The notes under the pieces: generated by a model
Told to the model about the DNA's origin: nothing
What the model saw: only the letters and a program-made list of their open reading frames with translations
Databases searched by the model: none
In this document: positions 62,847 through 64,000 of the stretch, piece after piece
How positions within the stretch are numbered: the stretch's first letter is position 1
Layout of the letters: every line of letters starts with the position of its first letter
NCBI GenBank assembly: GCA_031409275.1
Contig: JANNXA010000020.1
Location: 1-64,000, forward strand
Reading direction: 5' to 3'
DNA: 64,000 bases
Source: Planctomycetota bacterium
Lineage (GTDB): Bacteria > Planctomycetota > B15-G4 > SIAN01
Translations under genes and position numbers: made by a program

Positions 62847-63998
62847 CTATTCGCCGGACGCGTTGCTGCCCTTCGAGGCCTTCTTCTCCTCGTACTTGGC
62901 GACCAACGCCTCCCAGCGGTTCGGATCGGAAGACTGCGCGTTCCAGTAGGTGAGGATGCTCGTCAACACCTTGTGATTGCGATTGATCTCCGCAGTCTCG
63001 GACGAGAAGTCACCGTGGTAGGGGATGAGGATCGTCTCCGCCGTCAGATCGTTCTGGATGAAGACGGCGATCTCGTAGCCGGTGACCCACTGGTTGGCGT
63101 CGGTGAGGTCGAGGCCGTTCAGGGAGTTGATGCAGATCGGCACCGCCTTGAGGCCGAACGGGATGAGCTTCTTCAGGGCGCGCTTGCGCGGCGCGCCGCT
63201 GTCTTTGAGCTTCTCGGCGAGGGCCGTGAGCTCGGTCCATTCAGCATCGGTCGTCCCGGGCGCCTTCTCGACCGCCGTGAACTCGAACTTCGAGTGGACC
63301 TCGGCATCGACCTCGCCGTCAGGATTGGGCGTCTCCGCCGGCGCGGCCTCGGGCGTCCCAGCCTCAGGCGCGGGCGTCGGAGCTTCGGTCTTCGCGTTGG
63401 CGAGGGCGCCATCCTTCGAGGTCGAGGGCTCCGGGGCGCTCTTCGGCGCTCCCGCGCTCTCGGTCCCCGCCACCGGAGCCGCCGCCTCGCTCGTGCCGCT
63501 CGTCGCCGCGTTCGTTCCGCTGTTGGCACTGACGGTCGGGTCGACCTTCGGCGCGTCATCGCCGTTCATCAGCATGAAGCCGACCACGCCGATCAGCACG
63601 AGGCCACCCGCCACCGCGCCGACGAGCACCATCGGGCTCTTCTTCTTGTCGTCGCCGTCGCTGCCGCGACGCCCCTTGCGCGCCGGTGGGGCGGCGCCGC
63701 GAGCGGGTCGTCGGCTGCTGCCGCTCCTGGCCTCGACGCGGCTGCTTCGGGCGGGCCGGTCGATGACGGTCTCGTCATCCGCGGCCGTGCGCACCGAAGG
63801 CCTGGCGGCCGCGACCTTTGGAGCGGGTGCCGGCGCGCTCCTCGCCGCGGGTGCCGCCGGCGCGGCGGCCGCGGCCGGTTGGGCCGGTCCGATCTTGATC
63901 ACACCGTCACACTTCTTGCAGGGGGCGCTGCTGCCCTTGAAGGTCTCCGGGATCTTGAAACGAGCTCCACAGCTGGCGCAGACGCCGATCCGTTCCAC
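62847..63998 (-). CDS. Zinc-ribbon single-pass membrane protein
   Basis: CASC...CKKC, Pro/Ala/Arg linker, TM helix, helical C-terminal domain. The start lies at the window edge and may be truncated. Confidence 0.75.
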   Translation of the reverse strand: MERIGVCASCGARFKIPETFKGSSAPCKKCDGVIKIGPAQPAAAAAPAAPAARSAPAPAPKVAAARPSVRTAADDETVIDRPARSSRVEARSGSSRRPARGAAPPARKGRRGSDGDDKKKSPMVLVGAVAGGLVLIGVVGFMLMNGDDAPKVDPTVSANSGTNAATSGTSEAAAPVAGTESAGAPKSAPEPSTSKDGALANAKTEAPTPAPEAGTPEAAPAETPNPDGEVDAEVHSKFEFTAVEKAPGTTDAEWTELTALAEKLKDSGAPRKRALKKLIPFGLKAVPICINSLNGLDLTDANQWVTGYEIAVFIQNDLTAETILIPYHGDFSSETAEINRNHKVLTSILTYWNAQSSDPNRWEALVAKYEEKKASKGSNASGE

Positions 63999-64000
63999 TG

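Overview
GC-rich bacterial chromosomal segment with about 49 supportable CDS. The many HEAT, DUF1080, zinc-ribbon and sulfatase-like lipoprotein genes suggest Planctomycetota, but this is an inference. The left third is a propionyl-/methylmalonyl-CoA cluster (MatB-like ligase, split mutase large subunit, epimerase, three-subunit propionyl-CoA carboxylase) followed by PEP carboxykinase. The rest is mostly housekeeping (guaBA, gatCAB, polA, asnS, epmA, pilT, comF, dihydroorotase) mixed with secreted and lipoprotein genes. I found no rRNA, tRNA, CRISPR array, transposase or integrase. The most unusual features are: (1) a three-gene outer-membrane electron-conduit-like operon (CX4CH lipoprotein, Cyc2-like heme-porin fusion, 13-heme lipoprotein); (2) an orphan tandem phage-tail-tube (gp19-like) gene with an N-terminal export-like leader; (3) a ~950-bp non-coding mosaic of ~113-bp and ~175-bp repeats and long attC-shaped hairpins after pckA; (4) a 160-bp MITE; (5) an EpmA that carries an OB-fold; (6) a sigma54 promoter, structured leader and small Cys-rich ORF divergent from polA. 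All family calls come from reading motifs by eye; no searches were run, and start codons are my best estimates.
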